A stretch of DNA of 64,000 nt from Octopus bimaculoides (taxonomy: Eukaryota). The notes below the pieces were generated by a model that was given only the letters and a program-made list of their open reading frames with translations, was not told where the DNA came from and did not search any database. Below are positions 33,351 through 46,938 of this stretch, in pieces; the first letter of the stretch is position 1; each line of letters starts with the position of its first letter. The stretch covers positions 27,589,640-27,653,639 of the forward strand of contig NC_068982.1 in NCBI RefSeq assembly GCF_001194135.2. Reading direction: 5' to 3'. The position numbers were made by a program, and so were the translations under genes.

Positions 33351-35182
33351 TTGATAACTAGAAGTGTTTATTTTTAATTGCTGGTTTTGGAGGAAGGGGA
33401 AGTGTTCCAGATCTTCTCAAGCTCTCCTAAACTGGTGAAATTGATACCATTCATGTTCCTCTTGTCTCTTTGCTTGTCAACACATGTGGGGGGAAAAAGG
33501 AAGGAGGAAATCCCAGAGAGTTAATGTTCTGGAATGGAAGGAAAGACTGAGTATAGTAATTAGTGCAGGACCTGGGGGTGTTTGGACACAGCAAAGGGGA
33601 TGAGCTGATGTGGAGCAAGTAGAACACAAAAACCTGAATGTGGATGGCCTGAGGGTTGTCTGCTCTGAGGAGCCAAGGCTGTTATAATAGCAGCAGAAAA
33701 GGCAGAGACAAGGAGACAGTGAGCCAGAGCTGGAGCATGTCTATGTAATTTTAAGCCAATCAGTCAGATGGCTTTTTTTCTGGATGTGGCCTAGGATGTC
33801 TGTGTGCAGCAGCTACATGGTCTTAGATGCGAGTACAATACTTCATTATGACCTGCACTTGTGATTTGTAGAGTGTTAGCAATTGTTAGAGGCTGAAGTA
33901 ATCATCATTTAATGTCCTCCTTCCATGCTGGCATAGGTTAGATGGTTTGACAGAAGCTGGCAAGTGAGGGGACTGCCCCAAGTTCTACTGTATGTTTTGG
34001 CATGTGGCTGGATGCCCTTCCTAATGCCAACCACTTTGCAGAGTGTAATGGGTGTTTTTTTATATGGCAACAAGAGCCAGTAAGGTCACCAAGTAACTGA
34101 GGCAGGGTGTGGTATTAAGGGAGGTGGCTTTGTGTCAGGTAATGAATGAATAGAGGAGCAGAAATGGATGTCTTGCAGTAGAGCGGATCCATATCTACTT
34201 CAGTTGAAGAGAGAGAAAGGTGGGTGATAAGATGGTGAAGGAGTGACAGAGCATAGACTCCAAGTTACAGGATAGTGTATATAAGTGAAGTTGACCCAGG
34301 GTTTGGGTAGAGTGAGTGGATGGGTAAGTTTGTGAGATTGCAAAAGGAGAGTGGAAGATGGAAAGGAGGGGACATGTAGTGAGTGGACACAGTTTGAGGG
34401 AGCAGGTGTTAGCAGGATATGGTATGAGGAAGAGATTCAACAGGGACATATTGTGTACAGGTAGGTTTACAAGGGTGCAGAGAGATAGCAAGGAGGGGAA
34501 TACAGCCAGTGGTGAACAGGTGATAAGAAGGGGAGATGTTAGGATGATGGGATGTGAGGGAGCGTTTTGTCAGGGACATATTGATTGCAGGGGTATGGAC
34601 ATAAATGACATACCTTATGACTTAATTTTACTTACCTAGATGGGTTTTCTCAATATAAATAATATCAAATACAATAAAAAAGAAAGTATTTAAGTGGCTG
34701 AATAATAAGTTAATTAGTCAAAAGGAAGGCATTGAGCCAGCAGAATCATTCAGACGCTATTCAGAAAGCTTAACAGCATTTTGACCATCTTTACATTCTG
34801 ATTTCAAATGCTACCAAGGTCAACTTTGCCTTTCATCCTTTCAGGGGTCAATAAAATAAGTACCAGTTGAACACTTGGGTTGATATAATTGATTTACCCC
34901 CCTCCCCCAAAATTGCTGGCCTTGTGCCAAAATTTGAAATCAGTCAGTTTGTCAAAAGGAGAAAGACAATAACCATCATCTCTGCAGACCTTTCCACACT
35001 GACAAGAACGCTGCATTGAATGTTCAGTTTGAACAGTTTTACATGAATACTTGCAATGAAAACATGAAAGCAGAGACTGTTGGTTAGCCCTGAGATTAAG
35101 TAAACCTCTGATTAAGAGCAATTCATTCATGATAAAGGTTGAAGGATATGCTGATCTCAAGAACAATATTACTTTTCTCTAT

Positions 35183-35389
35183 TTTACTCTCTTTTACTTG
35201 TTGCAGTCATTTGACTGTGGCCATGCTGGAGCACCGCCTTTAGTCGAAGAAATTGACCCCAGGACTTATTTTTTGTAAGCCTAGTACTTATTCTATCTTT
35301 TGCCAAACCGCTAAGTTACGGGGACATAAACACACCAGCATCGGATGTCAAGTGATGTTGGGAGGACAAACACAGACACACAAACATAT

Positions 35390-35438
<49 letters not shown>

Positions 35439-35600
35439 TAAGACAGGCTTCTTTCAGTTTCCATCTACCAAATCCACTCACAAGGCTTTGGTCGGCCCGA
35501 GGCTATAGTAGAAGACACTTGCCCAAGATGCCACGCAGTGGGAATGAACCTGGAACCATGTGGTTGGTAAGCGAGCTACTTACCACACAGCCACTCCTGT
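35183..35600 (-). mobile_element. Family B SINE
   Basis: Reverse complement of 49544-49950. Confidence 0.85.
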
Positions 35601-36669
35601 GCAAGTTCTTTAGGATAATAAGACACTATTGTGTCATATATATAGTAATTCATGCCTTTATGGAAATCATACTGGTGATCATTGTACAGAGAAGGGAATT
35701 TAAGGTGATAAAGGAAGTGGTTATTCATAACTTTCCCCATCATCTTTGAGAGTTGGAAACAGCAATATGCCAGTAGATAGTAAATTTGGAGAAGATGCCC
35801 TACTTGGGGAAAAGACATAATGTACAGTCTCACCTGGCTCTCACTACCATGTCTAACCACATTAAATGCCTCACTCTTGTTTTTTTTAATCCCAAACTGC
35901 AGTCCTCTAAAACCCCCCTCTATTCATATTTCCCCAACAGATATCAACCTGCAGACCTTCAAGTTGAACATCTTCTGCTTTGACCGCACCAGTTTGAGAG
36001 AGAGCTTGCAAAGCACCAGCCTTTATGAGCTCCTCAGTCTTACTCTCTCTTAATGACAGAATAGATTAGTCGGATTGAAGCTTTCTAGGTCCCACAACCA
36101 CCCATGTACATATTGCGTAATCTGTGTCAGTAGATTATAATAAATACATTCAAAGGATGACTGATTAGGAGAGCAGCTCTACAATAAGTGAGTTGTGAAC
36201 TCAACTGTCTACTGACGAAGCTTTTACAAATCTTTTCATCATTCTGAATGTTTTATGGATATTTGAATATTTTATGTATATTACCTGAAAATTGTTCTAT
36301 ATAAAATTTGTTACTGTCAATACCAGATCACTCTAGGTGATCATATTTAAAGTAAATTTCCACCTTTACTTCAACAAATTGTTTTAAGCTTAAAGAGCTT
36401 TTAAAAAATGAAGTTGTGCAATAGATAAGTTATGTAACAAAGAAAGCAAAGGTGGGATAGGCCTGAAATTTGCAGGAGGGGGCTAGTCTATTACATTAAT
36501 CCCAGTGCGTAGCTTGTACTTATTTCATTGACCTTGAAAGGATGAAAGGCATAGTCAACCTTGGTAGAATTTGAACTCAGAACCTAAGGGTGGACGAATT
36601 GCTGCTAAGCATTTTGCCTGGTATACTAATGATTCTGCCAGCTCACTACTTTGAGATTGGATATAATAA

Positions 36670-36960
36670 TGGCCATAACCATTTGACATCCATTTTTCGT
36701 GCATGCATAGGTTGGACAGATCTTCTTTAGCATAGTATCTTCCCTCTTATTGCAGCCTTTTGTCTTGTCTTTGATGAGTTTCAGCTTGTTAAGATCAGTT
36801 TTCACCACTTGGTCCCATATATTCTTTGGGCTTCCTCTTCTGCAAATTCATTCCACTTGGATCAATTAGCTTTACTTTAGTCAACTGTCACTCTCTCTAC
36901 ACATTACATGTCTGTAACATAGCAGTTTCTTGTCTTGCACACTACAGCTGATTCCCTTTC
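36670..36960 (-). mobile_element. RTE 3' end fragment
   Basis: ICRRG.PK..WDQVVKTDL-like ORF end followed by the family 3'UTR. Confidence 0.55.
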
Positions 36961-37798
36961 ACTTGGCCATAGATGTAGGGGGGTAGGGCAGACTGTTACT
37001 TATGTTATTAATTTGGAACGGATGGAAAACTATGGTTTGAACAGATCATAAAGACTCATAGTTAAATAAAGGCCTTTTATCTTACACTCTACACATGTCA
37101 CCATTCACTGCTCTGAATTCATATACAGATAAGCACATGCCTGTGAACTTGTAATAGAGGAGGTGTAGTTAATTGCAGCTGCTCCAAGCCTGAAACTAAG
37201 TATTATAAGGGCTTCGTTATCAGTCATAATTTGTATTGCCAAAAGGGCAAGAAAGACACAGAAATTGCAATACAGTACATTACATACAAATAATAAACAC
37301 AAAATTCACAAAATGAATACAAGCTTATGTGCCATGAGAAGAAAATTGGGATTTTTCAAACAGTAGCCCTTCTTTAGAAAATGAGAATGTGTTGAGAGGT
37401 TGTAAATAAGGCCAAAAAGTGTATGAAAGATGTAGAAAGAGATGACTTTCTGTGCTCTGAGTTCTGACTTTGCCAAGGTCATCTTTGCTTTCATACTTTT
37501 AGGCTTGATAAAAATGTATCAAACTTGTGCAAGGAATTGGCAAAAGTGTAAGAATGATGGCCTGGATGCTGCCTTGCAGTTTTTATTTCTGCTCTTCACA
37601 TTCTGAGTTCAAATCCCGTCATGACCTGCTTGGTTGGTAGACTTATTTCAATGTGTAGCTTGACACCTTGGGTGTCTTTAGTGAAGTCCATTCTGTTGCA
37701 AGCATTCAGGTTAGGTTTCTGGTTTGAAGATGTCTTCTTCCCACCTGTCTCAGAGGTGCTGTGAAATGTCATTGGCACTGGCTTCCTTCCTGACTAAA

Positions 37799-37982
37799 TC
37801 ATCATCGTCGTTTAACATCCGCTTTCCATGCTAGCATGGGTTGGACGATTTGACTGAGGACTGGTGAAACCAGATGGCTACACCAGGCTCCAATCTGATT
37901 TGGCAGAGTTTCTACAGCTGGATGCCCTTCCTAACGCCAACCACTCCGAGAGTGTAGTGGGTGCTTTTACGTGCCACCTGCA
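37799..37982 (-). mobile_element. RTE-family 3'UTR element
   Basis: Same family, tail atcatcatcgtcg. Confidence 0.8.
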
Positions 37983-38434
37983 AGGTGGTTGTAGAAAAGT
38001 GTAATGAGTTAAAATATACAGAATTATTTGTGTGTGTGTATACCCCTCCCCCTCTCTCTCTCTCTATATATATATGTATGTATTTATCTGGGTTAAATAG
38101 TGAAATGAATCTGTTGTCTATATGATATTGTTCTGAATAAAATATATACTTAAATTTATCAATAGCTTAATGGTACAAAAGAAACTTTGAAATAAATGCC
38201 ATATAATATTAGTGCCACTTCTGCAACAATTTCTTATATCCTGTTGTCCCCAACCCTCTACCCAGGTTTCACCAGTCACTGCATTGCTCTGCCTCCCCTT
38301 TCGACATTCATGTAAACTCCCTATTCATGCACCTTGGACAATCCTCTACCATCTCATCTATATTCACATCCTCATACCTTGAGAGTGTGTTCTGGCACAT
38401 TACCACCATCCCTCTTGCTCTCTCCCATTCTCTA

Positions 38435-38489
<55 letters not shown>

Positions 38490-39079
38490 TTCTTACTCTT
38501 CCTCTTACAGGGGTAACCATGTATCCCCTCTACATCAAGACACCAGTTTCTGACCCTCTGTCTTACTCTAACCTCTCGTTACCTGGCACAAATCTACCTC
38601 CCTCAACACCAGCCCCTCTCAAAAGATCTTTGTCTTGCAAGTTGCTTGATGGCTTCATTGGTACTGGTGCCATGTAAAAGGCATCCAGTCCACTCTGTAA
38701 AGTGGTTGGCATTTGGAAGGTCACCCAGCCATAAAAACCATGTCAAAACTGACCTCACCAGTGCTGGTGGCACATAAAAAGCACCTAGTCCACTCTGTAA
38801 TGTAGTTAGCATTAAGAAAGGCATCTAGCCATAAAACATGCCAAAACAGACCTCACTGGTGTCAGTGCCATGTAAAAAGCACCCAGTCTACTCTCTAAAG
38901 TGGTTGGCACTAGGAAGGGCATCTAGCTGTAAAAGCCATACCAAAACCACTTTCACCTTGGTCACTCCCATCTCTTTTACCTTCTATTTTTCCAAACAAG
39001 ATTGCATTTGCAAATGACCCAATCACTCTATGGATATGATTGAATTACCTAATTTTTCTCAATTTTTTTTTTCTTTACC

Positions 39080-39640
39080 TTTCTTCCCAACCAACATCTT
39101 AGATTCTAAGATTGACTTGTTTGTCTGGTAGTCCTTCTTGTAACACCAAGTATTCTGAGATAGCATTTCACTTTGAATGCTGATAATTTCAACTCATTGT
39201 TTTTTCAGTATATCTATATCTAACAGCCATACACTGCAACTGCAGTTATCCTCGCCTTAGTTTGTTACTCATAGCGATGTCCTTACTGCTCCAGATCTAA
39301 TTCAATTTTGCTAATTGTGCTGTTATATTCTCAGAGATTAACTGAGAGCATCCACTGATTTCAACTAAATTCCATTCACTTGGAGTGTACCTAAGTCGGT
39401 GTCATTGTTTCTACTGTGTATTGTTCTTCTGTGTCTATGACTTGACTTTTTTTTAACAATTGATTTCTATACCATATTTACTTGAAGCAATAACTAGTCT
39501 TCTTGTTATCAAATAATTCACCTTGAGAATTGGCTGAAAAATCAGTGTCACCTACAAGTCTTAGATAAATTGGTGATCATTCTTCCACTAATCTTTCCTG
39601 TGCCTTCAAAATTCTCTTGGGCATGTTATTTGTTCAAGAG
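39080..39640 (-). mobile_element. Degenerate RTE (BovB-like) RT fragment, lacks the PHD insert
   Basis: SKYGIEIN, YLGTL, IWSSKDI and AF..KCYLRILGV-like motifs. Confidence 0.55.
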
Positions 39641-42007
39641 AAATACATTGAAAAGTTCTGATGATAATGAGCAGCCCTTTAAAATTCCAATACTTGCTTC
39701 AAACCACTCCATTGTTTCATTGTTTTTTTTTTATATTGTATTTGCAGTTATTCAATTAAATGCATTAGGATACATTACACTTCGTGATACTTTGTTTTTT
39801 TTTTTCTGTCAGCAAATGTGTGATAAAAATGCTTTTTATGGTTTCAGCAATGCTTCTCACGTAGGTTATGTTCAATAATATTGCAACCTCCTTGAACCCC
39901 TGCTTGTTCTTTAACAATTATTATAGTTTATTATCTGTAATATGTGGGAAAATTTTAACTCTAATATAAAATTTAGCTCAAAGTAATTAGTTATTGAAGT
40001 GTTTAGTCCAGCTATTATAATTACAACAGTTGTTTCTTTATATTTCTTTTTACACTAGAGCCAGTTCATTAAAACAATGAAACATACAGAAATATGACAA
40101 AAGATGTGAGAATAAACATAGCAAAGTTATATTAAAATGAGGGTAGGGAAAGAAATATTATGCAGTATGTTAAAACTTTAAATATTTTAAACTTGCACAA
40201 AATAACTAAATGGTCATATATAACAGATATAATTTAAAGAAACAAGAAATAGGTGCTAACCCAATCACACNNNNNNNNNNAGGTAAGCAGAGTTAGCAGT
40301 TATAGTAACCAACTAAGGGATAAAATATCCATATTTACTATTGGTATCAGTTACCTGTGCTATCTCTGGGTATGGTTATGCAGGTACACTATGCTTGTAG
40401 AGTACAGGTAACAACAGAATAAACAAAAGTTTATCAGGAATCAAATTTAAATAATCAGAAAATGGAGAAAACTTTAGATCAACAAACAAATCACTTGGAC
40501 CACATCTGTAGCTTATTATTAAATACAAAATATGACTTAGTGTAATAGTCAGTATTTGTTTTATATTGGCTTCTTTTATTGGCCTTGTCCACAGGTTTGG
40601 TTTATAACAGTTCCAGAACTCATCTTGAACTTTTACTCTATCAACAAGTATATTCAACAAACATTTCTGTTGTTCCTTTTATTCAAATACTTCATAGTCA
40701 GTTCACACTTTAGCTTTACTTTTGTTGGTTTTGAGGCTGCTTTTCAAATTGAATGCAGTATCTTCTTCACAATAATCAATACATCATTGAGGGAAATGGT
40801 TTGTGTGCTTGCTTTCTGCAATAAAGGAAAATATAAAATATTGCAAATGTTTTAATAAAGAATTAGTTGACTGATGGTTTTTGATGATGACAGTGACAAC
40901 AATGACTGTTATTATTACTATTACTAGTGGGACCTGTGGAAGTTCCACAGAATAGAAATGATTAAGAGAAGCTACTTAAGAAGAAAGGATGATTTGCATT
41001 TTTATTTTCATTTTGCTAGGCTATTTCACTTCCAGTCACAATAATATTTTATATGATTTTAAAATTTCCCTCTGCGAAGCACTTTATATTTCTCTCTTTC
41101 TCTCTACCTCTTCATTCCTTTCTTCATGTTTTTTCAAATTTCTCTCTTTCTCTTCACCTCTCACTTCCACTAACCACATGAGTGACAGCATAATGCATTG
41201 GCTGGCTATCTGCTCTCTCACTCATTCTCACATTCCCTCTTCTCTCTTGTTCCACCTCCTCCTCCTCTCTAACAAACTAAAGTGTGAAATGTGAAAGAAC
41301 AGGTAAAAGAAGAATATTATAGACTTAGTTCACACTGCTCCAGTTCACTCAGCTGTAGAAATGAGTTGCAATGTCATTTGTGCCAAACTGCATTGGCCTT
41401 TGCCTTACCCTTGGATAACATCAGTGGTGTGGAGAGGAGAGGCTGATATGCATGGGTGACTGCTGGTCTTCCAAAAACAACCTTGCCTGGACTTGTGCCT
41501 CGGAGGGTGACTTTCTTGGTGCAATCCCATGGTCATTCATGACTGAAGGGGGTCTTTACCCTTTACCCTTAAAGTGCAGTTAAAAAAAATACTTTTCATT
41601 ATCAACACACCACCACCACCACCACCACCACCACTATAGTTTTCAATAACAAAACTCATTTCATTTCAGTTCAGCTGTTTGTCTCATCATCATCATTTAA
41701 CATCCGTTGTCCATGTTAGCATGGGTTGGACAGTTTGACTGGGCTGGCACGCTAGAAGGCTATGCCAGGATCTAGTCTGGTTTGGCATGGTTTTCTACAG
41801 CTGGATGCCCTTCCTAGCGTCAATCACTCTGAGAGTGTAATGGTGCTATTTGCATGACACCAGTATCTGCCACGACTGCGATTTTGCTCGGCTTGATGGG
41901 TCTTCTTCTGAAGCACAGCATAATGCCAAAGGTCTTGGTTATAGCCTCTGTGACACTCAATACTCGAAAGTAGCTTGGTCATTTTGCCTCCATGAAGCCC
42001 AACACTC

Positions 42008-42430
42008 AAAAGGAGTGGCTGTGTGATAAGTAGCTTGCTTACCAACCACATGGTTCCGGGTTCATTCCCACTGCGTGGCACTTTGGGCAAGTGTCTCCTA
42101 CTATAGCCTCGGGCTGACCAAAGCCTTGTGAGTGGATTTGGTAGACGGAAACTGAAAGAGGCCCGTCATATATATGTATATATATATACATATATATATA
42201 TGTATGTGTGTGTATATGTTTGTGTTTGTCACACACACCCCCAGCATTGCTTGACAACTGATGGTGGTGTATTTACGTCCCCGTAACTTAGCGGTTCGGC
42301 AAAAGGGACCGATAGAATAAGTACTAGGCTTCCAAAGAATAAGTCCTGGGGTCGATTTGTTCGATTAAAGGCGGTGCTCCAGCATGGCCGCAGTCAAATG
42401 GCTGAAACAAGTAAAAGAGTAAAAAGAGAG
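42008..42430 (+). mobile_element. Family B SINE
   Basis: Near-identical to 49544-49950. Confidence 0.85.
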
Positions 42431-42559
42431 AGTCAAGAGAAGCTTATATTTTGTAAGGCCCAAAGAAGGTCCATTTAAAGAAATTAGACTTCATAGGGTA
42501 ACTGCTGCATTTGTTGACTATATAAACAGTTCGGCTGCTTGTTTCTCTGGAGATTGTCA

Positions 42560-42627
42560 GAATGATGTGGACGCCTCTGATGAGAACCCAATAAGGTTCG
42601 AAAATCGATTAAGATCATTTGTCATTT
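42560..42627 (+). ncRNA. Putative type I hammerhead ribozyme
   Basis: CTGATGA (42577-83), stem II GAACC/GGTTC, GAAA, palindromic stem III AATCGATT, cleavage triplet TTA (42609-11); stem I is weak. Confidence 0.6.
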
Positions 42628-43132
42628 TCCCAGTCTGTGGATAAATGGCTATAATTTGCCCTGTTTATAATTAGACCATATGTTACATACTAATATTAGA
42701 GCAAATGTTATGTCAGTTAGGAAAATAAATATAACAGGTTAATCAATAATAACCTTAATGCTAAAAACATGAAAATGCATAGTTGGAACTAATAACTTGC
42801 AGAGCTAATTAGACTATGGTTAGCTCAGTGCTGTCCTTGTATAACAACACTATAGGATCATAGCTGATGTAGAAAATAATGTTGGCTATATGGTCAAGAA
42901 GTCGGCTTGTCATGCATTTGACTCCAGGTTCAATCCCATTGCAATGAATGGCACCTTGATTCATTGTCTTCTACCATAGAATAAAGAACATGGATGAAAT
43001 CAAGTAAAGAATAACTACAGAAGTTTGTTAGGTGGACTGTTTAATCACAGGATGAGACAATTAGATGCAGCTATTTGGCTGCCAATGATTTGGCATGGCT
43101 GATCGGACAGTCAACCTGTTTTGGCACATCAG

Positions 43133-43171
<39 letters not shown>

Positions 43172-44243
43172 CATGTGTGTGCTGAAATGTGCACATAGAA
43201 TGAGTAAGAGTAAGTGAGAGAGAGAAGGATAGAGAGAGCAATCTATTTAATTGAATGCAATTGGTATAAACACTTTCCCTCTCCTCATGCACAACAATAA
43301 GAGAAATATGCTCATATTCATAAAGGAGAGAGTGTGGTAATGGTGAGAACGAGAGAACAATGAAATGTCTGATGTCAAATAAGTCTGCTTCAAGTCAGCG
43401 ATGCTAAATAGGTGACGCCAAAACAACATTTCATACCCACTTGACCCATTGCTTGGTTTAATACTGTCACCTAGCTATTGGAGGCCTTTGGCTGCATCCA
43501 CTCATTTACAGATATCTAAACTAGGTTTCAGGTCAGAGGATAAACTATGAGCAGTGATTTCTTCTTCCCTTTCCATCTCCTAGTCTTGGGGATACTGAAA
43601 AAGGTTACAGGTGCTGCCCTACCTCTTTTTAATTAAGGCAGAAAAAATGTGCTGTGAAGAATCATAGAAAAGCTGATGCAAAATAGTTTTAACAATGATT
43701 AAAATGTAAAATGTAGCTTCATTGTATAGCAAGGTGTGGAAGAACAATCTTAGAACTACAGAAGGAGAGTGTTGGGTAAAAAATGTGAACTGGTGGACTA
43801 TAAGAAAACAATTAGAAAAGAATAATTTGTGAAGGATATTGAATTTGTGTTGTGAGGCTAGAGATATAATCAGGATTAACTTAAGTAATAATTTCATTAG
43901 GAATTTAAATCATACAAAATTCTTTCTTCAACTTGTTTTTTTTTTTTTTTAGCTTTAATACTAAATAACAAGATTCAGGACTAAAAGTACATCGTGGGTT
44001 TATATTTTTTAATATATTATGTAAATAAAGTCCGTGTGTTGACAGAATCATTAGCACACCAGGCAAAATGCTCAGTGTTATTTCATTTATCTTCACATTC
44101 TGAGTTCAAATTCAACCAAGTTGACTTTGCATTTTATCCTTTCAGGGTTGATAAATTAATTATGAGTTGAACACTGGGGTTGATAATCGAATTACCCTCC
44201 CCCAGAATTGCTGGTCTTGTGCCAAAATTTGAAACCAATATAT

Positions 44244-44566
44244 TGTTAGGTCATCACATAAATAATGCAGTTTTTTGAATTGCATGAACTAAAAGTCAGT
44301 GAGGGATGGGATAAACTACCTGCATCAACTTACTATAAAAGCAGGTAGTAATTTTACCATGTCCTTATTCTTAGTACAAGTTTTGAAGAGTGCAGTTTGA
44401 TTTTAACGGTTATTTTTTCAAAGCTATAATGGAAGTGACAAAGGAGTATATTCGGCATATTTTGCTTTATGAGTTCAATAAAGGCAACAGCGCAACTTTG
44501 TTTATCTTAATTTTGAAAAATAAAAGAAGTATTAAAAAATTGCATTATTTATGGGATGACTCAGTA
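44244..44566 (+). mobile_element. Internally deleted mariner element
   Basis: TIR core GTCATC(A/C)CATAAATAATGCA at both ends; 44429-44497 encodes MEVTKEYIRHILLYEFNKGNSAT, like mariner transposase N-termini. Confidence 0.85.
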
Positions 44567-45487
44567 TATAAATGAAGTTGCTTTTATAGCTTGAATTAGT
44601 TGATGAGCAAGTTTGAATTGACAAGGAAGCTCAAGAATTCTAAAATTGAACAACAGGATAAAAGTAGGGAATTTGTAGTCTGAATAACAATATCGTGAAT
44701 GAAATTGCTTATGTTGGGTAAACAGAAACTTGATGTTTTATTAAAAAAAAAAGATTTGTAGGGATTAATGTGATACTCACTTTCTGAACCAGCAGTGGAA
44801 ATAAGAACTGAAAATCATAGAAATTTCTGATAACTGTAAATAAATTCTTTAACTTAAACACCAACACTGTTTTGGTGTTACAATCAGCATTAGGAGAATA
44901 TGTAGAGTATAAAATGTAAGGGTGAAAGAAGTTAAAAAGAAAGGGTTCCAGAACTAATTTAACTATCTAAAGTTCCTTCATAATATATCAAATGGAATGT
45001 AATGTGTCCTCTTTTTTTTTTTTTTAACTCTTAGTACTTCTAAAATCATGTTTGAATGTTTCAAGTTTAAAAAATTACTTAGCATTAAGATCAAAGTGCT
45101 TGCATTATTTAATTTTGAACCTATTTATTGACATCATCATCATCATCATCATCATCATTAAACTTGTCTTTCTTAATCTGGACCATTTATTACTTGATAC
45201 AATAGCGCAAGAATTAGGTCACTTGTTTCTTTGCTTTGACCTTTTTTTTTTAATTCACTGCAAAAAGAATTCACAGGAATTTGACTAATATGGAATCGAT
45301 ATTTCATGTGTGCTGAATCAGCAGTTGAAGGATTCAAAAACTGAAAGTCAAAGCTAGAACTACTAATAGTAGTCCTAGATGTGGGCCTCTCACTGGGTTC
45401 TTCTCAATACCAGCCAATAGTTAAATATGTTTGTCCTCAATGTATGAAATAAAATGAAAACTAATAACTGCTTTATTCTCTTTTCAG

Positions 45488-45571
45488 GATCAACAATGTA
45501 TTTGCTTCCAGCGAACCCTACAAGTCACTCCAGACATGATTCATCGGCTGGGGTTAGAGAAAGACCTTGAG
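45488..45571 (+). CDS. WDTC1: WDTC1 coding exon (DQQCICFQRTLQVTPDMIHRLGLEKDLE)
   Basis: tttcag/gtttgt; 84 nt; matches FERRYHVTDPFIRRLGLEAELQ. Confidence 0.93.
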
Positions 45572-46086
45572 GTTTGTAAATTAACTCTTAATAAACAATC
45601 ACAACATGATTTAAATCTTTGCTCAAAGAACCCTTTTTTTTTTTTGTTTTTACACTTCTCTCTTTGTGCTCAGATAACATTCCTCACAAAGGGACTCATA
45701 TTTCATATAAAGTGTTAATTTTAAGGACTTATACTACTTAAAATTTGTTGAAATAAATAAATTCTTTTACTAGTTTCAACCAGGGGCTGAGGCCATGACA
45801 TTTTATAATTGGTGCCCATTGATGTTCTGACAGCTTATAATTCATGCCCCTTGGCTCAAATAAAAGGGAAATAAATACTACTTAATTATGTGGTTGGTGT
45901 TGGAAAGGACATCTGACCATAAAATATTTATTCCTGACAAAAACAATATTATTATGTTTCTGTAAGTTTAGTTGCAGTCAGGTAGCTCTATCTTAATTGT
46001 GTGAGTATCAACGGATTAATGGTTAAGTGCTCATGAAATAACTATTTCTAACAGAGTTACAAGGTCAGAAATTTGTGGAAGGAGGT

Positions 46087-46378
46087 TATCATCATCGTTT
46101 AACATCTGCTTTCCATGCTAGCATGGGTTGGATGATTTGACTGAGGACTGGTGAAACCAGATGGCTACACCAGGCTCCAATCTGATTTGGCAGAGTTTCT
46201 ACAGCTGGATGCCCTTCCTAATGCCAACCACTCAGAGAGTGTAGTGGGTGCTTTTACGTGTCACCCACACGAAGGCCAATCAGGCGGTACTGGCAACGGC
46301 CACGCTCAAAATGGTGTATTTTATATGCCACCCACACAAGAGCCAGTCCAGGGGCACTGGCAACGATCTCGCTCGATA
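46087..46378 (-). mobile_element. RTE-family 3'UTR element
   Basis: Same family; interrupts an older family A SINE. Confidence 0.8.
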
Positions 46379-46900
46379 AAAATTGACAACAGTAACCACA
46401 GTACTTGATCGCTGCTTTATTTCATTGACCCCAGAAAGATGAAAGGCAAAATTGGCCTTGATGAGGTTTGAACTTGTAGCTTAGAAGACTAGAACAAATA
46501 TTGCAAGGCATTTTACCTGATGCTTTTGATGATAACCATAAAGTTTTGTGGATACATGCATGGTCTTGTGGTTAAGAAGTTCACATTGCAGTCATGTGAT
46601 TCAGTGTGTAAGTCCATTGTGTATCGCCTTGATTAAGTATCTTCTGCAATAGATACTAAATGTTACCTTGGTTAGGTGTCTTCTATGATAGACTTGGATC
46701 GACTGAAACCTCAAGAATAAAACTGGGCTGGTAGAAACCAGTTGAATGCACTGAGTTTGTGCCTGAACAGTTGACTTAAGAAGTTATTTAGCATATGATT
46801 TCTCACCTCCCCTAACAAGAAGTCTGCAGGAAGACAGAGAAAGAGACAGAGAAACAGATGCAGTGGGGGGAGTAGAAGACATAAGTAGCTGTAGAAAATT

Positions 46901-46938
<38 letters not shown>

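Noticed and set aside
37105-37189. Possible terminal exon of a nested minus-strand gene (tttcag|...LGAAAINYTSSITSSQACAYLYMNSEQ*)
   Set aside because: No recognisable homology and no upstream partner exons found; compatible with chance.
40596-40648. Strong acceptor (cttgtccacag) with a downstream GT in WDTC1 intron 1
   Set aside because: A 53-nt exon would frameshift a phase-0 intron, and there is no similarity to WDTC1 orthologues.
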